Source: Felis catus (Eukaryota). From it: a stretch of DNA of 64,000 nucleotides. The stretch covers positions 5,952,001 to 6,016,000 of the forward strand of contig NC_058368.1 in NCBI RefSeq assembly GCF_018350175.1, given 5' to 3'. The position numbers were made by a program, and so were the translations under genes. The notes beneath the pieces are model-generated. The model saw nothing but the letters and a program-made list of their open reading frames with translations, was not told where the DNA came from and made no database searches. Of this stretch, positions 1 through 13,400 are shown one piece after another (within the stretch, counting starts at the first letter, position 1; each line of letters begins with the position of its first letter).

Positions 1-1458
1 GCTTATTTTCCTCAGATCATCCTTCTTTTCCTTCATAATTCACATAAACTGTTGAAAGCTCAAAATTTTAGAGAAATGACTCCCCATGCCAGTAGCAGAG
101 TAGAAAATTCAGATAGTGGAGTATTTTAAGGAAAATACATAGTAAAACTATAAGCCATGCAGATTAATGCTAAAGAAAATTCCTTCATCAAATACAAGTG
201 AAATAAAAATAGTATCAGTTACCACTTTCTGTTGCAAGATTAGTGAACTAGTAAGTGTGCCAAAACATTTCTTGACTGTTGCCAACTCTTTTATTTCTTT
301 GACTATGTGAAATGAGTGCCATAAAATACTAAATCATATTTAAAAGATTATTTTTTAACTATTTTGCTTAACTACACTTTTCAGTTATATTCAGTCATCT
401 GTAGAAATCAGAGTTTTTTTTTTAATGATCTGTACTTTTCTTAAACATGTTAATGAATGAACTTTTAACAAGATGTGGCACCTGGGGAAAAATTTTAAAA
501 CATAACAGGTATGAAGCTCCAAAAGCTTTAATGAAACAATCCTCCTTCCTATTTTCCTCAGAAGGCCTTCATTACTCATTACTCAAATGAAATTACTGTG
601 TTTCCTGAAATAAAAGGTAATTTAATAATCCTTGAATTACCAAGGCCTTTATAGAAACCTGCAGGTCTAAAAACACATGAAATTCAGACACTTAAAATTT
701 GATTTCATACTGTGTAAGAGCTATAATATGTACTATACGTGTATCATATTCAACATTTCCACTTCTACTTTTCCACATAGCGGACTATATATCCCATCAG
801 TGATCTCAAATGACTGCAGTTACTTTGTTGACCCCAAAATAATCCGGCAAAATTGAAGTTTTCCTCTACGTTAATAACTCTTCTCATACTTCATTTCATC
901 ACTGAACACAAAACTTGGTGCTTTTCTGATTAATATATTGCTTTCAATTTTACAGTTACTTGGAACACGTAAATGCTTGGAGCTAAAGCTTAACAGTCTT
1001 AACATCTTATTTTTTTTTCTTCCACTCCTAAATTATTTATTTTTCTTTACCAGTCCTCCTGCTGCCAATGTTAACAGGAGTGAAGATAATTCCTCCAACA
1101 TGGTTCACTCTAGAACATGACTACCTGAGCAATTTGCCAACGTTAATTATGTAAAATTCTGCACAGCACAACCTGCGGCACATTATACGGGAAAATTGCA
1201 TTATCTGCTTCATTATGTAAAGCAAGTGTATCAGTAATGATTATTTAGGAATAATGAGTTCTGTTTTTTTATAATATTAAATATTTTCTTTTTTGATGTC
1301 TTGAAATGAATGGTGAGCTGGCTTGCTAAATGCAAAATGACACTCCTTCCCAATTTTTGTTATCATCGGAGGCTCCATTTTTCTTTTGCAACATTATTTT
1401 CAATAAATGTGTGAATATGAAGCATTGAGATTGCTTTAAAATCTCTACTAACATGGTA

Positions 1459-1866
1459 AATTTTTTTGTAATGTAATTTATTACAAATTGCTTTCCATAC
1501 AACACCCAGTGCTCATCCCAACAGGTGCCCTCCTCAATGCCCATCACCCACTTTCCCCTCTCCCCCACCCCCACATCCACCCTCAGTTTGTTCTCTGTAT
1601 TCAAGAATCTCTTGTGGTTGGCCTCCCTCCCTCTCTGTTTGAAACTATTTTTTCCCCTTCTCTTCCCCCATGGTCTTCTGTTAAGTTTCTCAAGATCCAC
1701 ATACGAGTGAAAACATATGGTATCTGTCTTTCTTTGACTGACTTATTTCACTTGGCATAATACCCTCCAGTTCCATCCACGTTGCTGCAAATGGCCAGAT
1801 TTCATTCTTTCTTATGGCCAAGTAGTATTCCATTGTATGTGTAAACCACATCTTCTTTATCCATTC
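1459..1866 (-). mobile_element. 5'-truncated felid L1 (end of ORF2 plus 3' UTR)
   Basis: ORF2 C-terminal peptide [23 protein letters not shown] (ORF 1690..1893) and carnivore L1 3' UTR; same family as 15802-17500 and 39340-40115. Confidence 0.9.
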
Positions 1867-2226
1867 AGGAATAATGAGTTTTGAAAATGACATAACTCTA
1901 AAGTTTACAAGAACTTAAAACATAAGAGAAAATCTTAAAGAAACAAAGTGCCAAGATCACCATGGAAATCACAATATGGAAGTGAAATAGAGCTTTCACT
2001 CACAAGACTAGCTTCTGGAAAATTCTAATTATGCAACCAAGACCCACAAAGTCACAAACTTTGTAAACACAAATTTGAACACGTCTCAGCTGCCTTTGCT
2101 GTATATAATTTGGAGAAATAAAAAGTATAACTCAGCCTTCATCTAATATTTAACAGTAGAAGAGTTAACAAAACATAACATTTTATTCTATATTTATTAT
2201 ACTCTTAAGAGACTTACTAAAGACTA

Positions 2227-2452
2227 GGGGTGCCTGGGTGGCTCAGTCAGTTGAGCATCTGACTTCGGCTCACGTCATCATCTCGCGGTCTGTGAGTTCA
2301 AGCCCCGCATCAGGCTCTGTGCTAACTGATCTGAGCCTGGAGCCTGCTTCAGATTCTGTGTCTCCCTCTCTCTCTGCCCCTCCCCTGCTCACACTCTGTC
2401 TATCTCTCAAAAATAAATAAAACATTAAAAAAATTTTTTTTAATTTAATAAA
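2227..2452 (+). mobile_element. SINEC (Can-SINE)
   Basis: GGGGTGCCTGGGTGGCTCAG head, tRNA-like A/B boxes, CT tract, AATAAA, A-rich tail. Confidence 0.92.
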
Positions 2453-3210
2453 ATAGTACAAAGGCTATACACAACCCTCAAAGTATATGCAAACTAAATT
2501 GAGAAATAAAGGAAAAGATACCACCATTATTATATGCCATGAAGAGTTAACCATAATGAGAAAGCTGAAGTGATATATCAGATAACATAGCCTTAAAGAG
2601 AAAATATTACCAAAAATAGAGACATTTCATAATGATTAAAAAGTTAATTTTTCAGGAAGAAATAACAATTATATTTCCTAACAACAGAGCCTCAAAATAT
2701 ATGAAGCAAAAATGGGTAGAATAAAAGGGAGAAATATAAAATTCAAAATTACAGTAGGATTTTAATAATTCTTTCAGAAATTGATAGAATGGCTAGAAAT
2801 ACAATGAGGACAGTTTATTACAACAGTGACTCAGTCACCGTGACTCAACTGATATTTGCACATAGCATTTTACCAAAACCATATACTAGAACATAAAACA
2901 AGTCTTAATGGATTCAAAATGATTAAGACCAATTAAAACATATGTCCTTTGTCCAGAATTAAACTGAATTAAAAACAAGTAACAATAAGACATCTAGAAA
3001 CATGCCAAATATATGTAAATTTAACACACTTCTAAATAAGCCATGGGTCAAAGAAGAAATTAGTGAAAATTGGATATTTTGAAATAACCTTATTGAAAAT
3101 ATAACACTAATATTTATGGAATACAGCTAAAGCAATGCATAGAAGAAAAATTATGGTTTTAGTGCTTAAGTTAGAAAATATGTTGAAAAATAATCACCTG
3201 AATTTTCGCC

Positions 3211-3730
3211 TCGTGGTAGGCAGGATTTTAAGATTCCCACCCACCAGTGTGCATGCTCCATACAATCCCTTCCCATTGACCTCATCTGGTAGGCTCTTTC
3301 AAAAGAGGTATTAAAGGTCAGAGACAAAAGGACAGAGATATTCCAACCTGCAGCACATGTTCTTTTGTTGGCCTGGAAGTAAACTGCCATGTTGCAGAGA
3401 GAGCCACAAGGCAGGAACCTACGAGTGACCTGTAGTTCCCGAGAGCAGTCCCTGGCTGACAGCTAGCAAGAAGACAGGACCTCATACAGACACAAGGAAG
3501 TAGATTCTGCCAACCAACTAAGGGAGCTTCAAAGTGGCTTTTTCCCCAGTTGAGACTCCAGACGGGGACACAGCCAGCTGACATCCTGATTTCCGCCCAG
3601 GAAGACACTGAGCTGAACCAAAACATGTCAAATATCTAACCCGTGAAATCCATAAGACAAAAAAAATTTATGCTGCTTTAAGCTGCTAAATTGGTGGTCA
3701 TTTGCTATGCAGCAATTGGAAAGTAACACA
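3211..3730 (+). mobile_element. MaLR solo LTR (MLT1-like)
   Basis: MLT1-type 3' end (tgctttaagctgctaaattggtggtcatttgctatgcagcaat...aca) and internal motifs. Confidence 0.75.
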
Positions 3731-3744
3731 CTGTTCTAAAATAT

Positions 3745-4280
3745 AGTGTATTAATAGAAAATTTGAGATACAGTTAAGGCCAACAGATCAGGAGACAATT
3801 GCCGTTGAAAAGACAATTTGTTATACTCACAGATCCCAAGATACGGAAGCAAATAACACAGTGGAGATGGGGGGGCGGGGGGGGGGGGACACATGGGACA
3901 GCACTGAGTTCAGTCAGAAGACAAAGGGAACAGAAGGAAAGTGTGGGCAAGAACCTTTACTGTGCTTCCCACAAAAAGGAACAGGTGAGACAGGGGAAGC
4001 CGATCTAGGATTTTGCGAGTTTGAATAATTCCAGTGGGCTCTGGGGCTTCGGGCAAGTGGATAGTGGCCCAGAATGTGAGAGCCTGATAAAGTAGGTGGT
4101 AGGGGTACAGGCTCTGGGTTGGTTGGTTTGCATAAGAAAGGCACATTCACTGGGCAAGTTGTTTACTAGCTCTGGGAGTTGCTTAACCCTGGAGGGGAGG
4201 GACCTTCCCAGTACCTCCCCAGCAAAGCCCCCAGTAATAGCAAAACATCAGAATAAAGATCATGAAAGACAGGGTTAATA
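3745..4280 (-). mobile_element. ERVL-class solo LTR (MER74-like)
   Basis: aaggccaacagatcaggaga...gaaaagacaatttgttatactcacag resembles the MER74 family by recall. Confidence 0.55.
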
Positions 4281-4511
4281 TATATACACCTCAAAAAGAC
4301 TGAAGAACAAATTAAACACAAAGCAGTAGATGGAAATAAGTAATAAAGACAGGAGTAACAATCAATGACATTGAAAACGGACAAAATATGGAGCAAATAA
4401 CAAAGTCAAAAATCTGGTTCTTTGAAAAGATCAACAAAATGGGTAAACCCATTACTATACTGATCCAGAAAAAGAGAGAATATAAATTATCACTATCAAG
4501 AATTCAGAATT

Positions 4512-4745
4512 GGGGCGCCTGGGTGGCTCAGTTAAGCACCTGACTCTTGATTTTGGTTATGATCTCACAGTTCAAAAGATCGAGCCCCGCATCAGGCTTT
4601 ACACTGACAGTGCAGAGCCTGCTTGGGATTCTTTCTCTCCCCCTTTCTTTTTCTTTCTCTCTCTCTCTTTCTCTCTCTGCCCCTCACCTGCTCATGCTCT
4701 CTCTTCCTCTCTCTCCCTTTCTCTCTCTCAAATTAAACTTTAAAC
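4512..4745 (+). mobile_element. SINEC
   Basis: SINEC head, expanded CT tract. Confidence 0.88.
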
Positions 4746-4869
4746 AATTAAACTTTTGGTATTTTAGGAGCAAATAATTGGAAAATTAAGCTGTACATAC
4801 AATTCTAGTTCCAATATAGCCACATACATGAAGTACCTAGTGACAAATTTAACAAAATATAGTCAAGAT

Positions 4870-5725
4870 TTTTAGTTTAGTGGTACTTGTCTATTTTTGC
4901 TTTTATCGCCTGTGCTTTTGTTATCATATCCAAGAAATCAGTGCCAAGTTCAATGTCAAGCAGGTTCCCCCCTATGATTTCTTCTAGGATTTTACAGTTT
5001 TGGGTCTCTGTTTAAGTATTTGATCCATTTTGACTTGACTTTTGTGTATGCTGTAATGTAAGAGTCTGCTATGGTCTGGATGTTTGTGTCCCCCAAAATT
5101 CATATGTTCAAATCCTAATGCCCAGTGATATTAGGAGGTGGAGCCTTTGAGAAGTAATTATGTCATGAAGATTAATGCTCTTATGGAAGAGACTCCAGAA
5201 ATCCCTAGCCCCTTTCACCACCTGTGGACACAGCTTAGAAGGCACCAGCTATGAACCAGGAAGACAACCAGCACCAGAACATGACCATGATGGTGCCTTG
5301 GTTGTGGATTTCCCAGTCTCCAAAACTGTGAGAAATAAATTTCTGTTGTTTATAGGCTAGCCAGTCTGTGGTATTTTGTTACAGCAGCCAGAATGGGCTA
5401 AGACAGGGTGTGATCTTTTTCCTTTGAATGTGGATATCCAGCTTTTCCAAGACCATTTTTTGAAGGGACTATCCTCTCCCCAGTGTGCGTTCTTGGCATC
5501 CCTGTAATCCATATACATGGGTTATTTCTGGACCCTATTCTTTCCCATTGGTCTCTGTCTTTATGTCAGTACCATACTGTTTTCATAATTGTAACTTTGT
5601 AATATATTTTGAAATCAGGAAGTATGAGGCTTCTGGCTTTGTTCTTCATTCTTAGGATTGCTTTGTTTTGTGATCCTTATGAATTACAGGCTGTTTTTGC
5701 TATGTCTATGGAAAAAAAAATTGGA
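4870..5725 (-). mobile_element. L1 ORF2 relic interrupted by an MLT1A-like LTR
   Basis: T-rich antisense L1 sequence on both sides of 5067-5405. Confidence 0.75.
5067..5405 (+). mobile_element. MaLR solo LTR (MLT1A-like)
   Basis: TGCTATGG...tgtgtcccccaaaattcatatgtt start; aataaatttctgttgtttata...ctaagaca end (TG...CA). Confidence 0.85.
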
Positions 5726-5739
5726 ACTTCTTGTGTGTG

Positions 5740-6960
5740 CAGCTGCAGCAAACATTAAGTATGGCCAGATTAGCATAAAACTTTACATTAAAGGCCTTTA
5801 GCTCAACTTCTATTACCAGATTCATCATGTCCAGCTTTCAACAAAAAATTACAAGACATGCTAAAAGGCAAGAAAAAGCACCATATCTGAAGAGCTAAAG
5901 CAAGCATCAGAACCAGATTCAAAGATAACACAGATTTTGGAAGTATCAGTGAATTTAAAAAAAACTATGATTGAGGCTCCTGGGTGGTTCAATCGGTTAA
6001 GTGTCTGACTCTTGATTTTGGCTCAGGTCATGATCTCACCGTTCGTGATAGCACAGGGCCTGCTTGGGATCCTCTCTCTCATGATCTCTTTGCCCCACCC
6101 TCACTCACAGTCTTTCTAATTAAATAAATGAACATCTTTTAAAAATAAAATAAACTATGATTAATATGTTAGGGACTGTAATGGAAAAATAGACAATATA
6201 TGGGGAAGATAAGCAGAGTGATGGAAACACTTAAAGAATAAAAATGAAATGCTAGAAATAAAAAACACTGTAACAGAAGATTGTCCTTATTGAGCCCAAC
6301 AATAGACTGGACACAGTCTAAAAATTAATGAGCTTGAATTATGTCAACAGAAATTTCCCAAACTGAAATACAAACAGTAAAAAGAATTAGAAAAAAAATC
6401 CCAAATGGAATATTCCAGAACTGTGGGACAATTTAAAAGATCTAACAACATACAGTCAATTGGAATTCCAGAAGGAGAAGAGTAAGAGAACAAAACAAAG
6501 AGAATTTTAAGTACTAATGACTAAAAATGTTCCCAAACTAACGGCAAACACATAACCATAGACCCAGGAAGCTTAGAAAACACCAAGCATGATTAAAAAA
6601 AAAAAAAATCTATACCTAGGTATATCACACTCAAACCACAAAATCAAAGGCAAAGAAGAAATGTTGGAAGAAGCCAGAAGGGAAGAATAAAGTAAGAAAT
6701 AGCAGGCTTCTCATCAGAAACTACACAGTTGAGAAGGAAGTACTGAAAGAACAAGAAATACCAACCTAGAATTCTATATCCAGTGTAATTGTCCTTCAAA
6801 TGTGAAAGAGAAATAAAGACTTTCTCACACAAAACCAGGAAATTCATCACCAGCTGATCTGCCCAGTAGAAATATTTTTAAAGTTTTTTCATGGAGAATA
6901 ATAATGATATGTGTCAGAAACTCAGAACTACATTTAAAAAAAAGAATGAAATGGAATAGG
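5740..6960 (+). mobile_element. Old L1 ORF1-region relic with a SINEC inserted at ~5973-6152
   Basis: ORF1-like caacctagaattctatatccag; SINE flanked by aaactatgatt duplication. Confidence 0.75.
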
Positions 6961-7276
6961 TGAAATCTATTTAAAATTCTTTAAAGTGAGTACGAAAATT
7001 ATACAGTAAAAAAAAATTAACAGAAAATAAATGGCTGTAGCCATTTAATTTTTAAGGGCAAGGATGTTCAGTATTGGATTCCAAAATCCTTTCATTCTTG
7101 CAATGTAAATGCCAGGTATCTACTCAAAATTCTGGTAAAGACTGCTATATGCACATCTTTTTCTTTTTTTTTTTTTCATTTTTAAAATCAAGTATCTGAG
7201 TGCTGGGTTTGATATGATGCTGGGAACAGGGTGATGAAGGACTAGCCTAAGAATGAGGCAAGAAGTGGGAACCAGA

Positions 7277-7505
7277 GGGGTGCCTGTGTGGCTCAGTCGG
7301 TTGAGCGTCCGACTTCGGCTCAGGTCATGGTCTCATGGTTTGTGAGTTTGAGCCCCGCATTGGGCTCTGTGCTGACAGCTTGGAGCTTGGAGCCTCCTTC
7401 GGATTCTGTGTCTCTCTGCCCCTCCCTTTGTGCTCTGTCTCTCCCCGTCTCTCAAAAATAAAAAAATGTAAAGAAAAATCTTTAAAAAAAAAAAAAAAAA
7501 GAAAG
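7277..7505 (+). mobile_element. SINEC_Fc-type SINE
   Basis: Full head, CT tract, poly(A). Confidence 0.92.
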
Positions 7506-7648
7506 AATGAAGTCAGAACCAGAGGTAATGTTCCAGTGGACTTGAGTGGGAGTTCAAGACAACTTATGTAGATTTTAAGGTTGTTGGGGAACACTCAAGT
7601 AACAAATTGGGTATACTCATATTAAATAGAATTTTTAAAGTCACTTAC

Positions 7649-7713
7649 CTCGAGTGAGTTTGAATTCAATCGAATACAAGGCATTTTAGCTGATAACAGT
7701 TTACAGGAATATG
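7649..7713 (-). CDS. ATP8A2-like exon (65 nt): (A)[21 protein letters not shown]
   Basis: ctttgtag/ acceptor, GAG/gtaagt donor; YSC-L motif, expected size and phase. Confidence 0.9.
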
Positions 7714-10440
7714 CTACAAAGTGACAAAGAAAGAGATCACAGATTGCCTTCCACGAGTTCATGTTTTTAATGAAAAATCTACTTATGTTCTCTATTCACC
7801 ATACTGTCTTATGACTAGTTCAAAGTCTAGAGGCTTATCACAAACACTGAGCAAGGGATTGTGGAGGGAAAAAATTGAAACATCGCTTCATTTTTATCTT
7901 AATCAGCAATTTAAGTAGAAATGGTTGGGAAATGGCATATAACTAATGGCTAAATCTGTACCTTTAAATGCCTGTGGATTTTTATTATCTCTCTGTGACA
8001 TGAGATTCAGTTCATACTGGGTATCAATTCCACGTCCTGAGGAATCCAAGTTCTGTTGTATCAAGCCACTATGTCAACATATTGTTCCTACTGTACTAAT
8101 AAAATCCTAGGTGTGGTTAAAAGAAATAAACCCACCCAATGCTCAAAGCATTCAACGTGATGATCAAAGTATACACCTCAGGGGGCACCTGGGTGTCTCA
8201 GTTGGTTAAACATCCGAATTCCGCTCAGGTCATGATCTCACAGTTCTCGTGGTTCGAGCCCTGCATCAGGCTGTGTGCTGGCAGCTTAAAGCCTGGAGTC
8301 TACTTTGGACTCTGTGTCTCCCTTCTCTCTGCCCCTCCACTGCTCCATGTTTTCTCTCTCTCTCTCTGTCTCTGTCTCAAAAATAAATATTGAAAACGTT
8401 TAAAGATAAATTTATACAATACCACTTTAAAAAATTTTTTTATTTTTGAGAGAAAGAGAGCATAAGTGGGGGAGGGGCAGAGAGAGAGAGAATCCCAAGC
8501 AGGTTCCATGCTGCCAGTGCAGGGCCTGACGTGGGGCTCGGGCCCGTGAACCATGAGATCATGACCTGAGTCAAAATCAAGAATCAGATACCTAACTGAC
8601 TGAACCACCCAGGCCCCCCAGGAGATAATCATTCTTAAATGATCTTCCTCATCAGTTATTGGTTCATCTGATGCTTCCTGTGTAAATCGTGGTTTTTTTT
8701 CCCTAAAGAATGCAATGATCTTTAATTTCTATTTTGAAGCTTGTGGATATTCGCTTTGCATTGCTACAGCAGTTTTCAAAACCAGAGTTTCTAAACTCTT
8801 CTAAGAATTCTAAAGATTCCCTGATACATTTTTTAAATGTTCACTTATATTTCAGAGAAAAATAGGGGGAGCAGGAAGGGGGCAGAGAGAGAGGACCGAT
8901 GATCCGAAGCAGGCTCTGCACTGACAGCAGAGAGCCCAATGTGGGGCTTGATCCCAGGAACCATGAGATCATGACCTGAGCTGAAGTCAGACACTTAAAT
9001 GACTGATTTAAGGCGCCCCAAGATTTCCCGATAAATTTTATTGCAATGTTCATGTTTCCACTTTTACTTTGTAGTAAGTTACTGACAAAGTTAACTGCCT
9101 AATGCTGTCAGTTTCTGTACCAGCATGCGGGCTGGAGAATTAATATTCGTGCCAGACGCAGACAAGCCAGCCTCCACCTGTGGGTTCCAGTGCTGCCCCC
9201 GAGAAGAAACTTCTTCTGTCCTGAAGCTGTTGCTGCTGCCGGCTCTATATAAACAAAGGCTAAAAAGTCTCCATATAGAGAGGTTCCTCAAAAAGTTAAA
9301 AACAGAACTACCCTACAACCCAACAATGACACTACTAGATATTTACACAAAGGATACAAAAATACCAATTCAAAGAGACACATGCACCCCAATGTTTACA
9401 GCAGCATTATCAACAATAGCCAAATGGAAAAAGCCCAAAAGTCCATCAAATGGATGGATGAACAGACAAACAAGAGGTGAGATACACACACACACACACA
9501 CACACACATATGTATGTATACACACACATATAATGAAATATTACTCAGCCATCAAAAAGAGTGAAATCTTGCCATTTACAATGACATGGATGGAGCTAGA
9601 GTGCATTATGCTAAACAAAACAAGTCAGAGACAACTACCATATGATCTCACTCATAGTGGAATTTAAGAAACAAAACATGAAGTAGGGGAAGGAGGGAAA
9701 AAGAGAGAGGGAGGCAAACCATAAGAGGCTCTTAATGAGAGAGAACAAACTGAAGGTTGCCAGAGGGGAGGTGGGAGGGGATGGGCTTACCGGGTGATGG
9801 GTATTAAGGAGGACACTTGGAATGAGCACTGGGTGTTATATATTAAGTGATGAGCCACTAAATTCTACTCTTGAAACCAATACAACACTATATTTTAACT
9901 AACTAGAATTTAAATAAAAACTTGAAGCAAAAAGTGTCTGAAATAAAAAAATAAATAAAATTAAAACTCTCCATATATCATGAAAATTTAAATCAGTATG
10001 CAGGCACTGATGGCTTACTCGTACCCGGCATCATATTGGGTGCAAAGGAAGATTTACGACAGGTATGTATTATAAGCCTCTTAAAACCTAAGGAATCAAA
10101 GCTAGCACAAAAGAGGAAAAAAAAACAACATACTGGTAAGCCAAATATAATAGTATAAATGCTGCTGAGGTTGAGAAGTAGCAGATTGTGTTGAACTGTG
10201 TTATCAGAAAGCTTTCAGGGGCGCCTGGGTGGCTCAGTCGGTTAAACATCCGACTTCGCCTCAGGTCACGATCTCACAGTTCATGGGTTTGAGCCCCATG
10301 TCGGGCTCTGTGCTGATAGCTCAGAACCTGGAGCCTGCTTTGGATTCTGTGTCTGCCTGTCTCCCCACCCCTTCCCCGCTCACACTCTGTCTCTCTCTCT
10401 CTCTCAAAAATAAATAAACATTAAAGAAAGAGAAGAAGGA

Positions 10441-10491
<51 letters not shown>

Positions 10492-13400
10492 GAAGGAAGG
10501 AAGGAAGGAAGGAAGGAAGGAAGGAAGGAAGGAAGGAAGGAAGGAAGGAAAGAAAAGAAAGAAAAGAAAGAAAAGAAAGAAAAGAAAGAAAGGGAGGGAG
10601 GGAGGGAGGGAGGAAGGGAGGAAGGAAGGAAGCTTTCAGAAGTTAATAGAACTAGTAGTCTTAGAAAACAGACAACAAATGTGACAGGAGTCCTCAAACC
10701 CGATCCTGACATACTGATTCCTGAACGTATGTCAGTAAGTAAACCTCCTGCCAAGTCCTTGATCCAATTTTGTTTGTAACCAGTAACAAGACTGTTTAGT
10801 CTTTTAAGTGCACAGCATTAGCCAACTTGAGCTCCGTGAGAGATGGCAGTAATTAGAACTGCCACAACATTCACAAAGGCAGCGGCCAACATTTTTAAAG
10901 CCCTCACTGTACCCAGTATTTCAGAAAGAACCGTACATGTGCATCTCATTTAATGGTCACAATCACCAGAGGTATCATGGTTATCTCCATTTTATTAATG
11001 AGGAAATTGAGGATTAGAAAAGCCCACAAAAGCACAAGCTTGTAAATGCAAAGGCAGAAGATTCAGGCTCAAAACGTGGTCCTTGTAACTCCGAAGTCTG
11101 TGATTTTAAACCACTATGCTCTAGATTATCTTTGAAAGATACAAAGATGTCAGGTCTCAGACACAGCTCAGTCTTCTTTTTGAATCTAATCCCCAGCCAT
11201 TCAAACTCATGAAAGTAAGGTGAGAGCTCTCTAACCAAAGGCTATTGCATTTCTTGGAAAAGAAAATGGCCCGGAAAGCCTCTAAGAAAACAAATTATAT
11301 CAGCATGCTCTTCGGTTTATATCAAAGCTCATTGACTCCATTTTTAGCTGGTCTCTGCAGGCGTAGCCTCTAAGGGAGGACAATAAAATTCACTCTGGGA
11401 CCCAGCACTCAAAAGGTGTCAGGGGACTGTAGGCTGCATTCAGGCAACAGACGTGTTTTGCTTTGCCCTTACAGAATTTTATACATTTGAGCCCACATCT
11501 ACGTATCAAGATATTCCGCATCAAAATACAGAATCCTGAATCATCTTTTAAAAACAAAAAACCTGTGCCAACAGCGGACTCTCATTTCCAAAAGGCAAGA
11601 CTACACTGTCCCTGGGGGGCCAGTGTTCCCCCTGTGGGCTTCCTCCTCCGACACGTGTGTACTGCCCCTCACTCTTGTCCTGCCTGACTCTTCCAGATGT
11701 TTGCAAGCCCTGCTTTAAGAAATTAGAGTTTGTTTCCTTTCTTCCTTCAAGTCCACCAGAGTTACTGTACATTTTTTTTGAATGGATGCAATTTAATATG
11801 GCGGTTTTCTAAGAATCCATTATTCTGAGCAAAGAATCCTTCAAGTGAATTACAGACTTCTAACAAAAATAAGTTTCATTCACTAAGGATAAAAATTCTG
11901 CTACTAATAACAATGGCTGTGTCTCATCTACGTAGGGTTTCAGTCCTGAGCTGAGGAGGCAGTTGAAGGCTTAGGAGAAACAAACAGTCCTCAGGTTGCG
12001 GGTTTGTAAAGAATGAGAGGGTGCACTTTAGGAAGACGGGAAGAGAGCAGTCATTCTCCTTTGTGGTGCTGGGTCAGCTGAGCCCCTTCACAGGATATAC
12101 CCTGAGTTACTGTGGTCACTGAGGTCATGGTTATCAAGAAACATAGCAAGTCACACTAAAGCCAAAATATGGGAGAGCTGGCCAAAGGAGAGCATATGCG
12201 TAGTGTGTCCTCAGATATTTGCCAGGTGGATAAATGAGTGACTACATCGTCCTCTGAGTCCTTAATAATCACATGAATATCTAGCATTCGTGAAGGACTT
12301 GTGAATGCTGCACCTCAAGCTAAGGTCTTCACAGAGACTACCTCAAGGCATCCTCACAAGGGCCCTATGAGGTTAAAAATATTATCATTATCCCCATCTT
12401 ACAGACAAGAAGAAGTTGATGTTTAGAGATGTTAAAATCGATCCTTCAAAAGTAACCAAGCCTTCATTGACTCTGTGGTCTCCTCCAGCTACACCCTATT
12501 TCACAGCAAAACTCTTTGAAAGACTCCTCTGTGCCCACTGCACCCTCATCAGTGAGGGCTGACAGATCAGCCTACCAGACGAACCCCGAATTTGGTCCCT
12601 CCTCCCCTTCCCATCACACCCTAGTGCAAGTCGCCACCGTCTCTTGTCGAGACGTCCGCAAAGGCTCGCTACCTGATCTCCTGACTTGACTCGGCCCAGC
12701 CTCCACACAGTAGCCAACAGATATTGTTGAAACGCAAATGAGACCACATTACTCTCCTGCTTGAAAGGGTCCACATTTCTTACAGCAGATGCTCATCTCC
12801 TGTCTTCTCTGCTTTGCTCCCTGTACTCCAACCACACCGGCCTCTCGACTGTTCCTCGAGCACACACATGCCCGTACCAGGGCCACGGCGCTCACCATAC
12901 TCCTGGCCTGGAACACTCATCCCAGGGACCTTCCCGATGCTTGCTCCTTCTTTCCATCTGGGTCTCTGCTTCGAAAGTCACCTCCTTAACAGGCGTTCTA
13001 TTTAATTACCTTCCCCACCTCTTGCTATGCCTTTCTTTGTTTTTATTCTTAGCACTGATTGTAATATAATACGCAGTGATTTGCTTATTAATTTTATCTC
13101 CTCTACTTGTATATAAGTTTCATGAAGAAAGAGAGTATTACTCAAGTTTTCATTCCCAGCTCCTAGAGTGTCCTCATATCTAGTAAGTGTCCAATATTCA
13201 TTAAATGAACGAATGCAAAGTAAACAAATGAGTGGAGACAAGTGAAGGGTGTCTGGTGCACACAGATTCATTTTATCATATATGTTCATCTAAACAGAGC
13301 TGGATGCCATGATGATCATGAAAAAAACATAATAATTTCAATTCCTTGTCACCACTGAAATTTGAATATGCACAGCTAACAGTTAATTTTTCAACTCCTA

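Larger units (their letters stand above)
2460..4510 (+). mobile_element. Old L1 ORF2 endonuclease-region relic interrupted by two LTRs
   Basis: A-rich degenerate L1 ORF2 sequence at 2460-3200 resuming at ~4285-4510 (ttctttgaaaagatcaacaaaat). Confidence 0.75.

Noticed and set aside
1165..1230. Minus-strand '..IMCR' followed by GT as a candidate exon end
   Set aside because: The upstream translation has no similarity to the expected P4-ATPase segment.
2227..2320. tRNA-like A/B boxes
   Set aside because: These are the tRNA-derived heads of SINEC elements, not tRNA genes.
5735..5810. Minus-strand 'NLAILNVCCS' resembling the next expected exon (..AVICCR)
   Set aside because: No GT donor, no upstream LIIDG motif, and it lies in an old L1 relic; the next exon is probably beyond position 1.
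9125..9667. 180-aa ORF
   Set aside because: Chance read-through into a truncated L1 ORF2 end and a (CA)n tract.
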